A DNA stretch of 24,872 bases from a virus (Duplodnaviria > Heunggongvirae > Uroviricota > Caudoviricetes). The translations under genes were made by a program, and so were the position numbers. Of this stretch, positions 17,298-24,872 are shown in pieces; the first letter of the stretch is position 1, and each line of letters opens with the position of its first letter. The notes under the pieces are model-generated. The model was not told the origin of the DNA and searched no databases. It saw only the letters and a list, made by a program, of their open reading frames with translations. The stretch covers positions 1-24,872 of IMG/VR virus record IMGVR_UViG_2737471862_000008. The stretch is one strand, 5' to 3'.

Positions 17298-17340
17298 CAC
17301 TGTTTATATTTACAGTATATGATAATCTTACTGATGTAAA
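17298..17340 (-). promoter_or_regulatory. SOS promoter: LexA box overlapping the -10 of a sigma70 promoter
   Basis: Minus strand reads TTTACA (-35), 17 nt, TACTGT (-10). The LexA box TACTGTAAATATAAACAGTG (CTGT-N8-ACAG; consensus TACTGTATATATATACAGTA) covers the -10, about 45 nt upstream of the 17256 ATG. Confidence 0.6.
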
Positions 17341-17409
17341 ACGTTTTTTTACGTTCATCAGCCTGATATGCCTGGTATTATTAAGAGCACGAATTGTTAA
17401 CCCGCGTAA

Positions 17410-19824
17410 TTAATACAGGTTCCGCCACTTATCATCTTCCTGCAAACGCTGGTTCCGATAGAAGACACGCAGGCCTGCTCCTGACGGAATACTGCCGCCG
17501 CGAAGGAGTAAATCGACCTCTTTCTCGCTGCCATCAAATCCTCTGGACTTCAGTTCATAGACGAGCTGCTGTCGTTGATGGTCTGTAATTCGCTGTTTGT
17601 AGTCTCTACGCCGTTTCGGTTTCACCAGGCGTAACCTTGCAGCCAGTTCCCGGCGCTCTTTTTTGTTCATACTGTGCAGGTAATCGTGCAACTCCTTGTC
17701 ATCCATGTGGGTAATGTCCGTTCTGGTATCCCCATCAGCTGATTTGTCTTTCCCTTGTTGGTTCAAATTTTCAGCAAGGGGACAGTTATTGCCACGAGTC
17801 CAAGGGGCGCAAGCGCCCTGGTCGGCTGCCGCCTCCTGAACGTCAACGGCCTTACGAACCATTTTCCACTTCACGGCATGAGTGCAGATCTTGCCCTCTG
17901 CAATAGGTGACCAGATGCCATAAATACGAATGCCGTGATCGCCATAGGCGGTCGGCTCTTCGTTGATTTCATAAGCAGTTCTGATGAGGTGATATTTGCG
18001 GGGAACCAGTACGCCACCCTGCTTCATGATGTAGGTGGCAAAACAACCAGCATCAGCAGCAGCCAGAATGGCATCAAGGCGCGGGTTATCCAGTACCGGC
18101 GCACCTGCTTTTTTGTCCCCCTGTTGCCTTGCCGCCTGACCAGCCAGCAATCGCAGTTCACGGTAAGCCTGACGCCCCGGAATGCCAAAGAAGCGGAATT
18201 GCTGAACACGATGCAGAGACGCCCAGGCATTAACGTATTCAGCATTATCACGCAGGGATTTCCCCGTTTCCTTGCTGATCTCGCCAGCCAGACCACGCCC
18301 GTCAATGTTCTTACTGATGTATTTCGCGATGTAGCTTGTTGGCGTACCTTTGCGCGGGTTAATCAACTCAGACTTAAAGCGCGGCCCAGTGTTATTGCCC
18401 AGCTCCTCGCGGTCTTCACGGATGGCAAACTTACGCAGTAATGCAGTGATGGTGCGGCGGTCTTTTTTGCGCATAAAACACAACAGGTGCCAGTGAACTG
18501 TACCGTCATGATGCGGCTCAGCCACCCGCACGCCATACCACCGCAATCCGGCTTTGTGCATCGCCTTACGAAATGCAGCAAACATGCCGACCAGATAATC
18601 ACTGCTTTGTCTTACCGTCGCATTTGTCCAGGTTGGGTTGGGCCTGCCGTTATTTAGCGTGGAATGGAAACGTGACGGACAGGTGATGGTGTAGAAAACG
18701 GCGCAGTCACCGCGCATTTCCGCGATAAGCTCCAGACCTTTAACACAGGCCATCATCTCATTGCGGCGATGCGCTGGGTTGCTGCTGCTGGCGTTTACCA
18801 CATCCTCCATGTCCAGCGTGTCGCCGTCTTCGTTCACCAGTTCATGAGAACGGAAAAACTCCAGCGACTTACGGCGCTGCTCACGTTTATGCATCACGGC
18901 TTCATAGCTGACATAAGGAGATGCTTTTTTGCTGACAAGGCAGACTGCACGCAACTGCTCTTCCCGCCATTCGCAACGCATCTTCCATAATTTCCGATAC
19001 CACCAGTCGGCGCACAACATACGCGCCAGCGAACCCGGAATGAGTTCATAGGGCACGGGTTTACGGCGGTTTCTTTTCCGACGGAGTTGCTCAAACGCAG
19101 GCGGGATGACATCCAGACGCAGGGTTTCCGCTGCCACCCTTTCCCATGTATTGCGGATTTCTTCTGGCTTAACGTCATCGGTGGCATACAAATCGCCACA
19201 AGCGGCATCAAGGCACATACTCATATGCGCAGCTACCAGGGTGGACAGGCGTTTCACCTGATCCTGACTCATTTCAGGCAGGATCAGCAGGCCGTCCAGC
19301 CCTTCATGGCTTGCCATAAAGCGAAAAGATGCAGATAGCTGACTGTCGCGTACATGCTCCAGTCGTTCCAGACATGGCTTAATCGTCTCACGTAAATAGC
19401 GGGAATAAGCCTTTGGCCTGCCCAGGCTGCTGAAGTATTCAATACGTTGCATCAGCGGCTTGCTGATATGGGAAGGCTGGGCGTTGACGTCCGCCAGAAT
19501 GACCATATCCGGATTAAAACGCTGCTGCTCATGCGCCAGCTTTGCCCGACTAATGAGCTTATCCTGTTCCATTTCGCGCTGGACAGGATCACGGGATTCA
19601 TTAAAGAAATAACGCTCCCAGACCTGATCACTCAGCGCCTCACGGCGCAGCTGTTCCTGCTCGTTATCGGCAGCGTACAGAGTGATCAGGTTTGAAAGCG
19701 TAGAAACCGGCGCAACTTCCACCGGGTCCAGATAAGGGTTAATGGCCTTTTTCGGGCTGTTCCATGAGAACGATGCGGCAGCTTCGTTAAAGCCGCAGCA
19801 GTTGTTCATATCGGCATGACTCAT
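17410..19824 (-). CDS. A: Replication initiation protein A (rolling-circle nicking endonuclease)
   Basis: 804-aa ORF in the P2/186 position of gene A. Start ATG overlaps the Dam stop (ATGA). Confidence 0.88.
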   Translation of the reverse strand: MSHADMNNCCGFNEAAASFSWNSPKKAINPYLDPVEVAPVSTLSNLITLYAADNEQEQLRREALSDQVWERYFFNESRDPVQREMEQDKLISRAKLAHEQQRFNPDMVILADVNAQPSHISKPLMQRIEYFSSLGRPKAYSRYLRETIKPCLERLEHVRDSQLSASFRFMASHEGLDGLLILPEMSQDQVKRLSTLVAAHMSMCLDAACGDLYATDDVKPEEIRNTWERVAAETLRLDVIPPAFEQLRRKRNRRKPVPYELIPGSLARMLCADWWYRKLWKMRCEWREEQLRAVCLVSKKASPYVSYEAVMHKREQRRKSLEFFRSHELVNEDGDTLDMEDVVNASSSNPAHRRNEMMACVKGLELIAEMRGDCAVFYTITCPSRFHSTLNNGRPNPTWTNATVRQSSDYLVGMFAAFRKAMHKAGLRWYGVRVAEPHHDGTVHWHLLCFMRKKDRRTITALLRKFAIREDREELGNNTGPRFKSELINPRKGTPTSYIAKYISKNIDGRGLAGEISKETGKSLRDNAEYVNAWASLHRVQQFRFFGIPGRQAYRELRLLAGQAARQQGDKKAGAPVLDNPRLDAILAAADAGCFATYIMKQGGVLVPRKYHLIRTAYEINEEPTAYGDHGIRIYGIWSPIAEGKICTHAVKWKMVRKAVDVQEAAADQGACAPWTRGNNCPLAENLNQQGKDKSADGDTRTDITHMDDKELHDYLHSMNKKERRELAARLRLVKPKRRRDYKQRITDHQRQQLVYELKSRGFDGSEKEVDLLLRGGSIPSGAGLRVFYRNQRLQEDDKWRNLY

Positions 19825-20678
19825 GCACGTACTCCGTACACGGCAGAACTATCCACGCCACGCGAATAATCAAATCCCACCCAGCAGCGCGGCCCGGAAA
19901 CAGCAATGATTTCTGTTGCTGATTTACCCTCGCCAGCTGCCACACCGATGCTGCGTTTTGCCTTGATGTAGTGGTGAGTAAAATTGCGATACAGCGAACG
20001 GATCAGGGATGTGTCACTGTTAGAAACAATGACCGGATGTCCTTCTGATGACCGATGTTCAAGAACAGATGCCAGGTGATACTGGTCATCTTCAGTGAAG
20101 CCGTCAGTGTGATAGCCGGAAAACGTACCGTCATACGGCGGATCGCAATACACCACATCCCCCGCCTTCAACATCGCCAGCGTTTCATCAAAGCTGGCGC
20201 AGATAAACGTTGCTCGCTGGGCCTTTTCTGCAAATGCGCGAATTTCTTTTTCAGGGAAATACGGATTTTTATAATTACCGTAGGGAATGTTGAAATGCCC
20301 GCTCTTGTTATAACGACATAAACCACGGTAACCGTGACGATTGAGATACAGGAAATATACCGCTTTCATGAAATCAGTAATTTCAGTTGAGTAATTAAAC
20401 TCCTGCCTTATGTTGTAATAAGCCACCTCCCTGTTTGCGATCTCAAATAAAACTCTGGCGCGAGATATAAACGATTCACAATCAGCGGCAACCTTTTTAT
20501 AGAGGTTGATTAAATCAGGATTAATATCCGCAACCAGATAGCTGGGATAATCCGTCTCCATCATCACAGCACAGGAACCCGCGAAAGGTTCAACCAGTCG
20601 CGGGCCAGCAGGAAGATGTTTTTTCAGTTCGGACATTATGGCAGTTTTATTTCCCGCCCATTTCAGGATGGTGCTCAT
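19821..20678 (-). CDS. dam: DNA adenine methyltransferase (Dam-like, N6-adenine)
   Basis: Track ORF trimmed to [11 protein letters not shown]..., preceded by GGAGGT. Motifs [30 protein letters not shown] and the catalytic DPPY closely track E. coli Dam. Confidence 0.85.
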   Translation of the reverse strand: MSTILKWAGNKTAIMSELKKHLPAGPRLVEPFAGSCAVMMETDYPSYLVADINPDLINLYKKVAADCESFISRARVLFEIANREVAYYNIRQEFNYSTEITDFMKAVYFLYLNRHGYRGLCRYNKSGHFNIPYGNYKNPYFPEKEIRAFAEKAQRATFICASFDETLAMLKAGDVVYCDPPYDGTFSGYHTDGFTEDDQYHLASVLEHRSSEGHPVIVSNSDTSLIRSLYRNFTHHYIKAKRSIGVAAGEGKSATEIIAVSGPRCWVGFDYSRGVDSSAVYGVRA

Positions 20679-20902
20679 ACAGCACCTCCGTTGTAATGTT
20701 TGCCTTTCAGCTCTGCGATTTCCTGACAGGTAATGCAAAGCTGCACACCCGGAATGGCACGGCGGCGTGCTGGCGGAATTGGCGCTTCACACTCAATGCA
20801 AAGCACGCGGGACACGCCCGGCGTTTTGGCACGGGCAGCACGGATATGGCGTTGGCGTTCTTCTTCAACGCGCTGCTGTACGAGATCCATTGCATCAGCC
20901 AT
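20675..20902 (-). CDS. TraR/DksA-type C4 zinc-finger protein
   Basis: 75 aa with CIECEAPIP...CITCQ (CxxC-N17-CxxC). P2 carries a comparable zinc-finger ORF upstream of A. Confidence 0.65.
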   Translation of the reverse strand: MADAMDLVQQRVEEERQRHIRAARAKTPGVSRVLCIECEAPIPPARRRAIPGVQLCITCQEIAELKGKHYNGGAV

Positions 20903-21141
20903 TAGTGGATCTCCTGCGCTTCGTTCTGGATTGCTTCAGCAGTCACACGAAGCAGTTCTGCCGCTTCGACGTGGGTTAGCTGGCGGGATGTGATATGACA
21001 CGCCAGGCTATCAAGGCGAGCTGCCATTGCTTCAGCCCTTGCCCGGCGTTCTTCCAGACGAGCCTCTGTCAGTAAAATATTAAGCCCTGCGTCATCCGGT
21101 CCGGTTTTGGTCGAGAGGGTTTCAATATTACGCATAATCAA
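20902..21141 (-). CDS. Hypothetical early protein
   Basis: 79-aa ORF with an AGGAGA RBS, packed tightly in the early operon. Confidence 0.45.
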   Translation of the reverse strand: MIMRNIETLSTKTGPDDAGLNILLTEARLEERRARAEAMAARLDSLACHITSRQLTHVEAAELLRVTAEAIQNEAQEIH

Positions 21142-21202
21142 TTCTCCTGAATTTAGATAAAGGGATGCCCGGCGGGTTTACGCCATTAATTTCATTGGTT
21201 GG

Positions 21203-21544
21203 TTAATTCGGCATGGTTAGCCGTCTGGGAAATAAGCTCACCACTGCACGAAAATGATTCATTGCTTTAATCAACTCCCGCTTTTCGTCAGTGGTCAGCT
21301 CATTAATGCTGATGCTATGACGTTCAGCTGGAATTTTTGCCATAAAGAATATGGCAGCCAGTGCCCGTTTATTTTGTTCGTTATTGATATCCCGTGGATC
21401 ACGCATATCTTTAATAAACCGCTCAAGCTCTGACTCAATATTCAGGCCAAATACTTTCGCCCTTAATTCCGCAATGTGATTAAGTCCATTCAGGCGTTCT
21501 CCGGGGCTTAATGGAACAGCCGCCGCAGCGCCATTAATTGCCAT
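21203..21544 (-). CDS. Hypothetical early protein
   Basis: 113-aa ORF in the early operon; no recognisable motif. Confidence 0.45.
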   Translation of the reverse strand: MAINGAAAAVPLSPGERLNGLNHIAELRAKVFGLNIESELERFIKDMRDPRDINNEQNKRALAAIFFMAKIPAERHSISINELTTDEKRELIKAMNHFRAVVSLFPRRLTMPN

Positions 21545-21566
21545 ACTTCATATCCCCCAAACGCAC

Positions 21567-21791
21567 CTATCGTTCTTTGTTCTTACGGTAACGCTCAAGG
21601 GGAGATACATTTTTTCGTACCATCTCTTTAACCTGCTCTCCCCGTAAAAACGTCCCATCCTTTAGCGTGAAAAAGTAACTGCCATCGCCCGACAACGACG
21701 GATAACAACAGAGCAAATCATCTTCAGGTACTGAATAACTCTCCCCTCTGTAACAAAACTGATAAACCACTTCACTTTCCGCTGCATACAT
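21567..21791 (-). CDS. Hypothetical early protein
   Basis: 74-aa ORF with an upstream AGGAAACGGAGAAAG. Overlaps the 3' part of the 21662..21958 ORF in another frame. Confidence 0.4.
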   Translation of the reverse strand: MYAAESEVVYQFCYRGESYSVPEDDLLCCYPSLSGDGSYFFTLKDGTFLRGEQVKEMVRKNVSPLERYRKNKER

Positions 21792-21958
21792 TTTGACTTT
21801 CTCCGTTTCCTCGTGGTCAATTCAGACAGCAATTCATCTTGTGAATGACATGGATGCCAGCGTTTTCCATCCTCACCCATGATCCAGCCGTGACCGTAGT
21901 GCATTGCCGGGCTTTGCTTTACCAGCAGCGATGCAAATGATGGTTCTTTCGTCAGCAT
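21662..21958 (-). CDS. Hypothetical early protein (3' extent uncertain)
   Basis: Track ORF trimmed to the ATG at MLTKEP.... Overlaps the next ORF by ~130 nt; one of the two may be shorter, or the pair may be one gene disrupted by a frameshift. Confidence 0.35.
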   Translation of the reverse strand: MLTKEPSFASLLVKQSPAMHYGHGWIMGEDGKRWHPCHSQDELLSELTTRKRRKSKCMQRKVKWFISFVTEGRVIQYLKMICSVVIRRCRAMAVTFSR

Positions 21959-21965
21959 AAGCACC

Positions 21966-22481
21966 TCACAGCAAACCGAATGAAGCACCGAGTCCGGTCA
22001 CGGTATCAACTGCACTCGCCATCGCAGGGTTAGCCTGTAAACGGGCCTGCAATGAAACAGCAGCCAACGCCATCAGTCGTGTTACAGAGTTAATGCTGCT
22101 GATAGCATCACGACGACCTGCACTGGTTTTTACATCGCCAGATACCGCACCTGCAGCAACACGCCCGATCTCTGCGGTTGCACTCATGACGTAATGTGGC
22201 AGTTTCTCTTTTGCCACCTCATTAATCGGTACACATGGCAGACAATGAATCTGTGCCAGAAAACCATCTACCAGCGTTGAATCTTCAGTCAGATCGGTAA
22301 GCAGCCAGATTTCTGGTGCGGTTAATAGATGAGGCTGAGCTGGGTTCAGCTTGTTCCGCAGAATCTGCACATTCATGCCTGCACGTTCTGCCAGTTGCAC
22401 CAGATTGTGGCGCAGTGCAAATGCACGACAGGCTTCATCAAAATGTGGATGTTTGGAAACTTGGTAATCAAACATGGTCAA
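21966..22481 (-). CDS. cII: CII-like transcriptional regulator (186-type)
   Basis: 171 aa (186 CII is 169 aa), second gene of the leftward early operon after the apl-like gene. HTH-like region [27 protein letters not shown]. Assigned mainly by position and size. Confidence 0.55.
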   Translation of the reverse strand: MTMFDYQVSKHPHFDEACRAFALRHNLVQLAERAGMNVQILRNKLNPAQPHLLTAPEIWLLTDLTEDSTLVDGFLAQIHCLPCVPINEVAKEKLPHYVMSATAEIGRVAAGAVSGDVKTSAGRRDAISSINSVTRLMALAAVSLQARLQANPAMASAVDTVTGLGASFGLL

Positions 22482-22507
22482 TGCCTCTGATGTATTTCAG
22501 AATCGAA

Positions 22508-22729
22508 CTAATTAAGGTTTAGATTGCATTCTGAAAGCGCATCAACGGTCATGGCTGCTATGTTGATCATCACTTTTTCGCGTTTTTTATCTTTGCGCAA
22601 ACGGTGACGGATAAGGCGTCCGTCAGCCAACATGTCATTGATGGTATCGATGGACAGCCCTGTCAGCTCGCTATAGCGCTCAATAGTCACATGAGGCGTG
22701 GTAAGAGTGATTGAAATGTTAGGTCTCAT
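22508..22729 (-). CDS. apl: Apl/Cox-like excisionase / lytic-operon regulator
   Basis: 73-aa HTH protein ([25 protein letters not shown]), first gene of the early operon, divergent from the repressor. Confidence 0.5.
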   Translation of the reverse strand: MRPNISITLTTPHVTIERYSELTGLSIDTINDMLADGRLIRHRLRKDKKREKVMINIAAMTVDALSECNLNLN

Positions 22730-22854
22730 GATGCAACATTCCTCGTTTAATGATGATTAATCAGGACGAATACGGATCGTTTGTATTTTGTGAACACCAT
22801 AAACATACGATCGCACAATGAAATCGTCAAGATAAAAGTTCACTTGGAGTGACC
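22730..22854. promoter_or_regulatory. Lysis-lysogeny switch region (early and repressor promoters and operators)
   Basis: 125-bp AT-rich gap between the divergently arranged apl-like and cI genes. Contains repeated GATCG/ATCG motifs at about 22775, 22809 and 22823. Promoters not resolved. Confidence 0.4.
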
Positions 22855-23424
22855 ATGAATTTGGAGAAAGGCGGACGAGGCGCTATAGAGCGCATGGTAG
22901 AAGCTTATGGATTCAAAACTCGACAGGCGTTGTGCGATCATTTAGGAATCTCTAAAAGTACACTCGCCACACGCTACATGCGTGACTCATTCCCAGCAGA
23001 ATGGGTAATCCAGTGCGCCCTTGAAACGGGCACCTCGCTTAATTGGCTCACAACCGGACATGGTTCAAAGCAAACTTCAGGTAATACAAATACTATGGAA
23101 GTTGCTAAATATGTATTATCTGATGGTGCCTTGCGTGAAGACGGTTTTTATATTTTTGATAAGGGATTTTTACCCTCTACGTTTAAAAAACCTTTTGTCA
23201 TCACAGATAACAATTCTGAATTTATTTGTGATAAAGAATTTGATGATATACGTGATGGTAAATGGGTAATAAGTATTGATGGCGAAGTAACGATCCGTGA
23301 CATTACTCGTTTACCCGGTGGAAGAATCTTCGTCGAGGGTGGAAACAGAGCCTTCGAATGTAAGATAGAAGACATTGAAATAATTGGTAAAATTATAAGT
23401 TTAACAGTCAAGTATGTTAAATAG
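22855..23424 (+). CDS. cI: Immunity repressor CI (186-type, ~190 aa)
   Basis: Track start GTG at 22849; the ATG at 22855 follows GGAG. N-terminal HTH (TRQALCDHLGISKSTLATRYMRD) plus a C-terminal domain. Its size matches 186 CI (192 aa), not P2 C (99 aa). Confidence 0.7.
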   Translation: MNLEKGGRGAIERMVEAYGFKTRQALCDHLGISKSTLATRYMRDSFPAEWVIQCALETGTSLNWLTTGHGSKQTSGNTNTMEVAKYVLSDGALREDGFYIFDKGFLPSTFKKPFVITDNNSEFICDKEFDDIRDGKWVISIDGEVTIRDITRLPGGRIFVEGGNRAFECKIEDIEIIGKIISLTVKYVK

Positions 23425-23439
23425 TACCGGGAGGAAACT

Positions 23440-23631
23440 ATGCTTGGTAAGGTATTTTTTGTGGTTTTGTCATGTTCTTTGTTATTAAACCCACTAACTA
23501 CCTATGCTAGAAATTATCCCTGCTCAGGGAAAAAGGGAGGTGTTTCTCACTGTACCTCAGATGGCAAATTCGTTTGCAATGATGGAACTATTAGTAAATC
23601 CAAAAAAATCTGTACTAAAAACTCACGATAA
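23440..23631 (+). CDS. Small secreted cysteine-rich basic peptide (signal peptide plus ~40-aa mature peptide); cargo gene between cI and int
   Basis: 63 aa. RBS GGGAGGAAACT precedes the ATG. N-terminal signal peptide [23 protein letters not shown]; mature part carries 4 Cys and many Lys. AT-rich. P2 and 186 have no gene at this position. Confidence 0.5.
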   Translation: MLGKVFFVVLSCSLLLNPLTTYARNYPCSGKKGGVSHCTSDGKFVCNDGTISKSKKICTKNSR

Positions 23632-23819
23632 CTTTTGCTTTTATATCTGCGTCTAAAATAAAAATGAGCCGCAGGTTAACCGCAAAAGTTACATGCTCAC
23701 ATAGCAAAAAGAATAGCCAACTTCATTATGGCTTCAGTGAGATGTATGGTCGTAGGATTTCATACATTGACACTGGTTATACATACAGTAAAAATGCTCT
23801 CTACTGGAGGGCATTTTTT

Positions 23820-24872
23820 ATGGCAGTACGAAAACTCACCACAGGGAAATGGCTTTGCGAATGTTACCCCGCCGGACGAAGTGGGCGTCGTGTGCGTAAA
23901 CAATTCGCCACCAAAGGCGAAGCTCTGGCTTTTGAGCGTCACACTATGGAAGAAACCGAATCAAAGCCATGGCTGGGCGAATCAGTGGATCGTCGAACCC
24001 TGAAAGACGTGGTTGAGCTATGGTTCAAACTACATGGTAAATCTCTGACTGCTGGGCAGCATGTCTATGACAAATTGCTGCTGATGGTTGACGCTCTGGG
24101 CAATCCTCTTGCAACCGATCTCACCTCTAAAATGTTTGCCCACTATCGAGATAAACGCCTGACAGGCGAGATCTACTTCAGCGAGAAATGGAAGAAAGGA
24201 GCAAGCCCGGTCACCATTAACCTGGAGCAAAGCTATCTAAGTAGTGTTTTTAGCGAACTATCCCGTCTGGGCGAATGGTCGTATCCGAACCCACTGGAGA
24301 ACATGCGAAAATTCACCATCGCAGAAAAAGAGATGGCATGGCTTACCCATGAGCAGATTGTTGAATTACTGGCTGATTGCAAACGTCAGGACCCAATTCT
24401 AGCACTGGTAGTTAAGATATGCTTAAGCACAGGCGCACGCTGGCGAGAAGCCGTAAATCTTACTCGTTCACAGGTGACCAAATACCGAATTACCTTTGTA
24501 AGAACGAAGGGGAAGAAAAACAGAAGTATCCCTATCAGTAAAGAGCTTTACGAAGAGATCATGGCGCTTGATGGGTTCAATTTCTTCACAGACTGCTATT
24601 TTCAATTTTTATCCGTGATGGAAAAAACGTCTATCGTGCTCCCTCGCGGTCAACTCACACACGTTCTGCGCCATACGTTTGCGGCGCACTTCATGATGTC
24701 GGGTGGAAACATTCTGGCCTTACAAAAAATTCTCGGACACCACGATATAAAAATGACTATGCGTTACGCACATCTGGCACCAGATCATCTGGAAACGGCG
24801 CTCCGTTTCAATCCTCTGGCAACGCTGCCAAGTGGCGACAAAGTGGCGGCAGCGGTTGGCATTACCCCGTAA
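23820..24872 (+). CDS. int: Tyrosine integrase (P2/186 Int family)
   Basis: Track ORF trimmed to MAVRKLTTGKW... (RBS GGAGGG), 350 aa. Motifs ...LSTGARWREA..., HVLRHTFA and MRYAHLAP carry the catalytic Arg, His and Tyr. The stop codon is the last 3 nt of the window. Confidence 0.92.
   Translation: MAVRKLTTGKWLCECYPAGRSGRRVRKQFATKGEALAFERHTMEETESKPWLGESVDRRTLKDVVELWFKLHGKSLTAGQHVYDKLLLMVDALGNPLATDLTSKMFAHYRDKRLTGEIYFSEKWKKGASPVTINLEQSYLSSVFSELSRLGEWSYPNPLENMRKFTIAEKEMAWLTHEQIVELLADCKRQDPILALVVKICLSTGARWREAVNLTRSQVTKYRITFVRTKGKKNRSIPISKELYEEIMALDGFNFFTDCYFQFLSVMEKTSIVLPRGQLTHVLRHTFAAHFMMSGGNILALQKILGHHDIKMTMRYAHLAPDHLETALRFNPLATLPSGDKVAAAVGITP

Noticed and set aside
17935-19695. Several plus- and minus-strand ORFs (17935..18441, 18024..18305, 18363..18602, 18769..18990, 18894..19211, 19087..19338, 19447..19695) inside replication gene A
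   Set aside because: All are nested within or antisense to the 804-aa A ORF. Their translations are Arg/Cys-rich with no start signals.
1-24872. Track start codons taken at face value (e.g. J at 2604, L at 8637, lysA at 7265, Dam at 20738, int at 23664, DinI-like at 17129)
   Set aside because: The track extends to the most upstream ATG/GTG/TTG. Internal ATGs with a Shine-Dalgarno and lengths matching P2 homologues were preferred, so these extensions are not reported as the gene starts.
1-24872. CRISPR arrays, tRNA or rRNA genes, insertion sequences
   Set aside because: No spaced direct repeats, no tRNA-like cloverleaf region recognised, and no transposase-like ORF or terminal inverted repeats. 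The only mobile element is the prophage itself.

Overview
This window is most of a P2/186-family (Peduovirus-like) enterobacterial prophage, read in reverse relative to the standard P2 map. No tools were run; every call rests on reading the supplied translations and sequence, on recalled protein motifs, and on P2/186 gene order. From left to right: tail fibre H (3' part off-window), baseplate genes I-J-W-V, tail completion S-R, the lysis cassette (spanins lysC/lysB, lysA, SAR-type endolysin K, holin Y), X, L, M, N, O on the minus strand; divergent terminase P and portal Q on the plus strand; then a variable region, replication gene A with an upstream Dam methyltransferase and small early genes, a 186-type switch (apl/cII leftward, 191-aa CI rightward) and integrase ending at the window edge. 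The ORF track extends many genes to alternative upstream start codons; I trimmed starts where an internal ATG with a Shine-Dalgarno and P2 protein length agree. Three AT-rich cargo insertions stand out as candidate accessory or defence loci: (1) a KAP-type P-loop NTPase between S and V, (2) a two-gene operon of a GHKL-type ATPase plus a small STAS-like protein between Q and a cos-like site, and (3) a single-gene membrane-anchored protein cassette with its own promoter and terminator. I also see a LexA-box-controlled operon resembling the 186 Tum antirepressor, apparently split by a frameshift at a homopolymer, and a small secreted cysteine-rich peptide gene between cI and int. No rRNA, tRNA, CRISPR array or IS element was seen.
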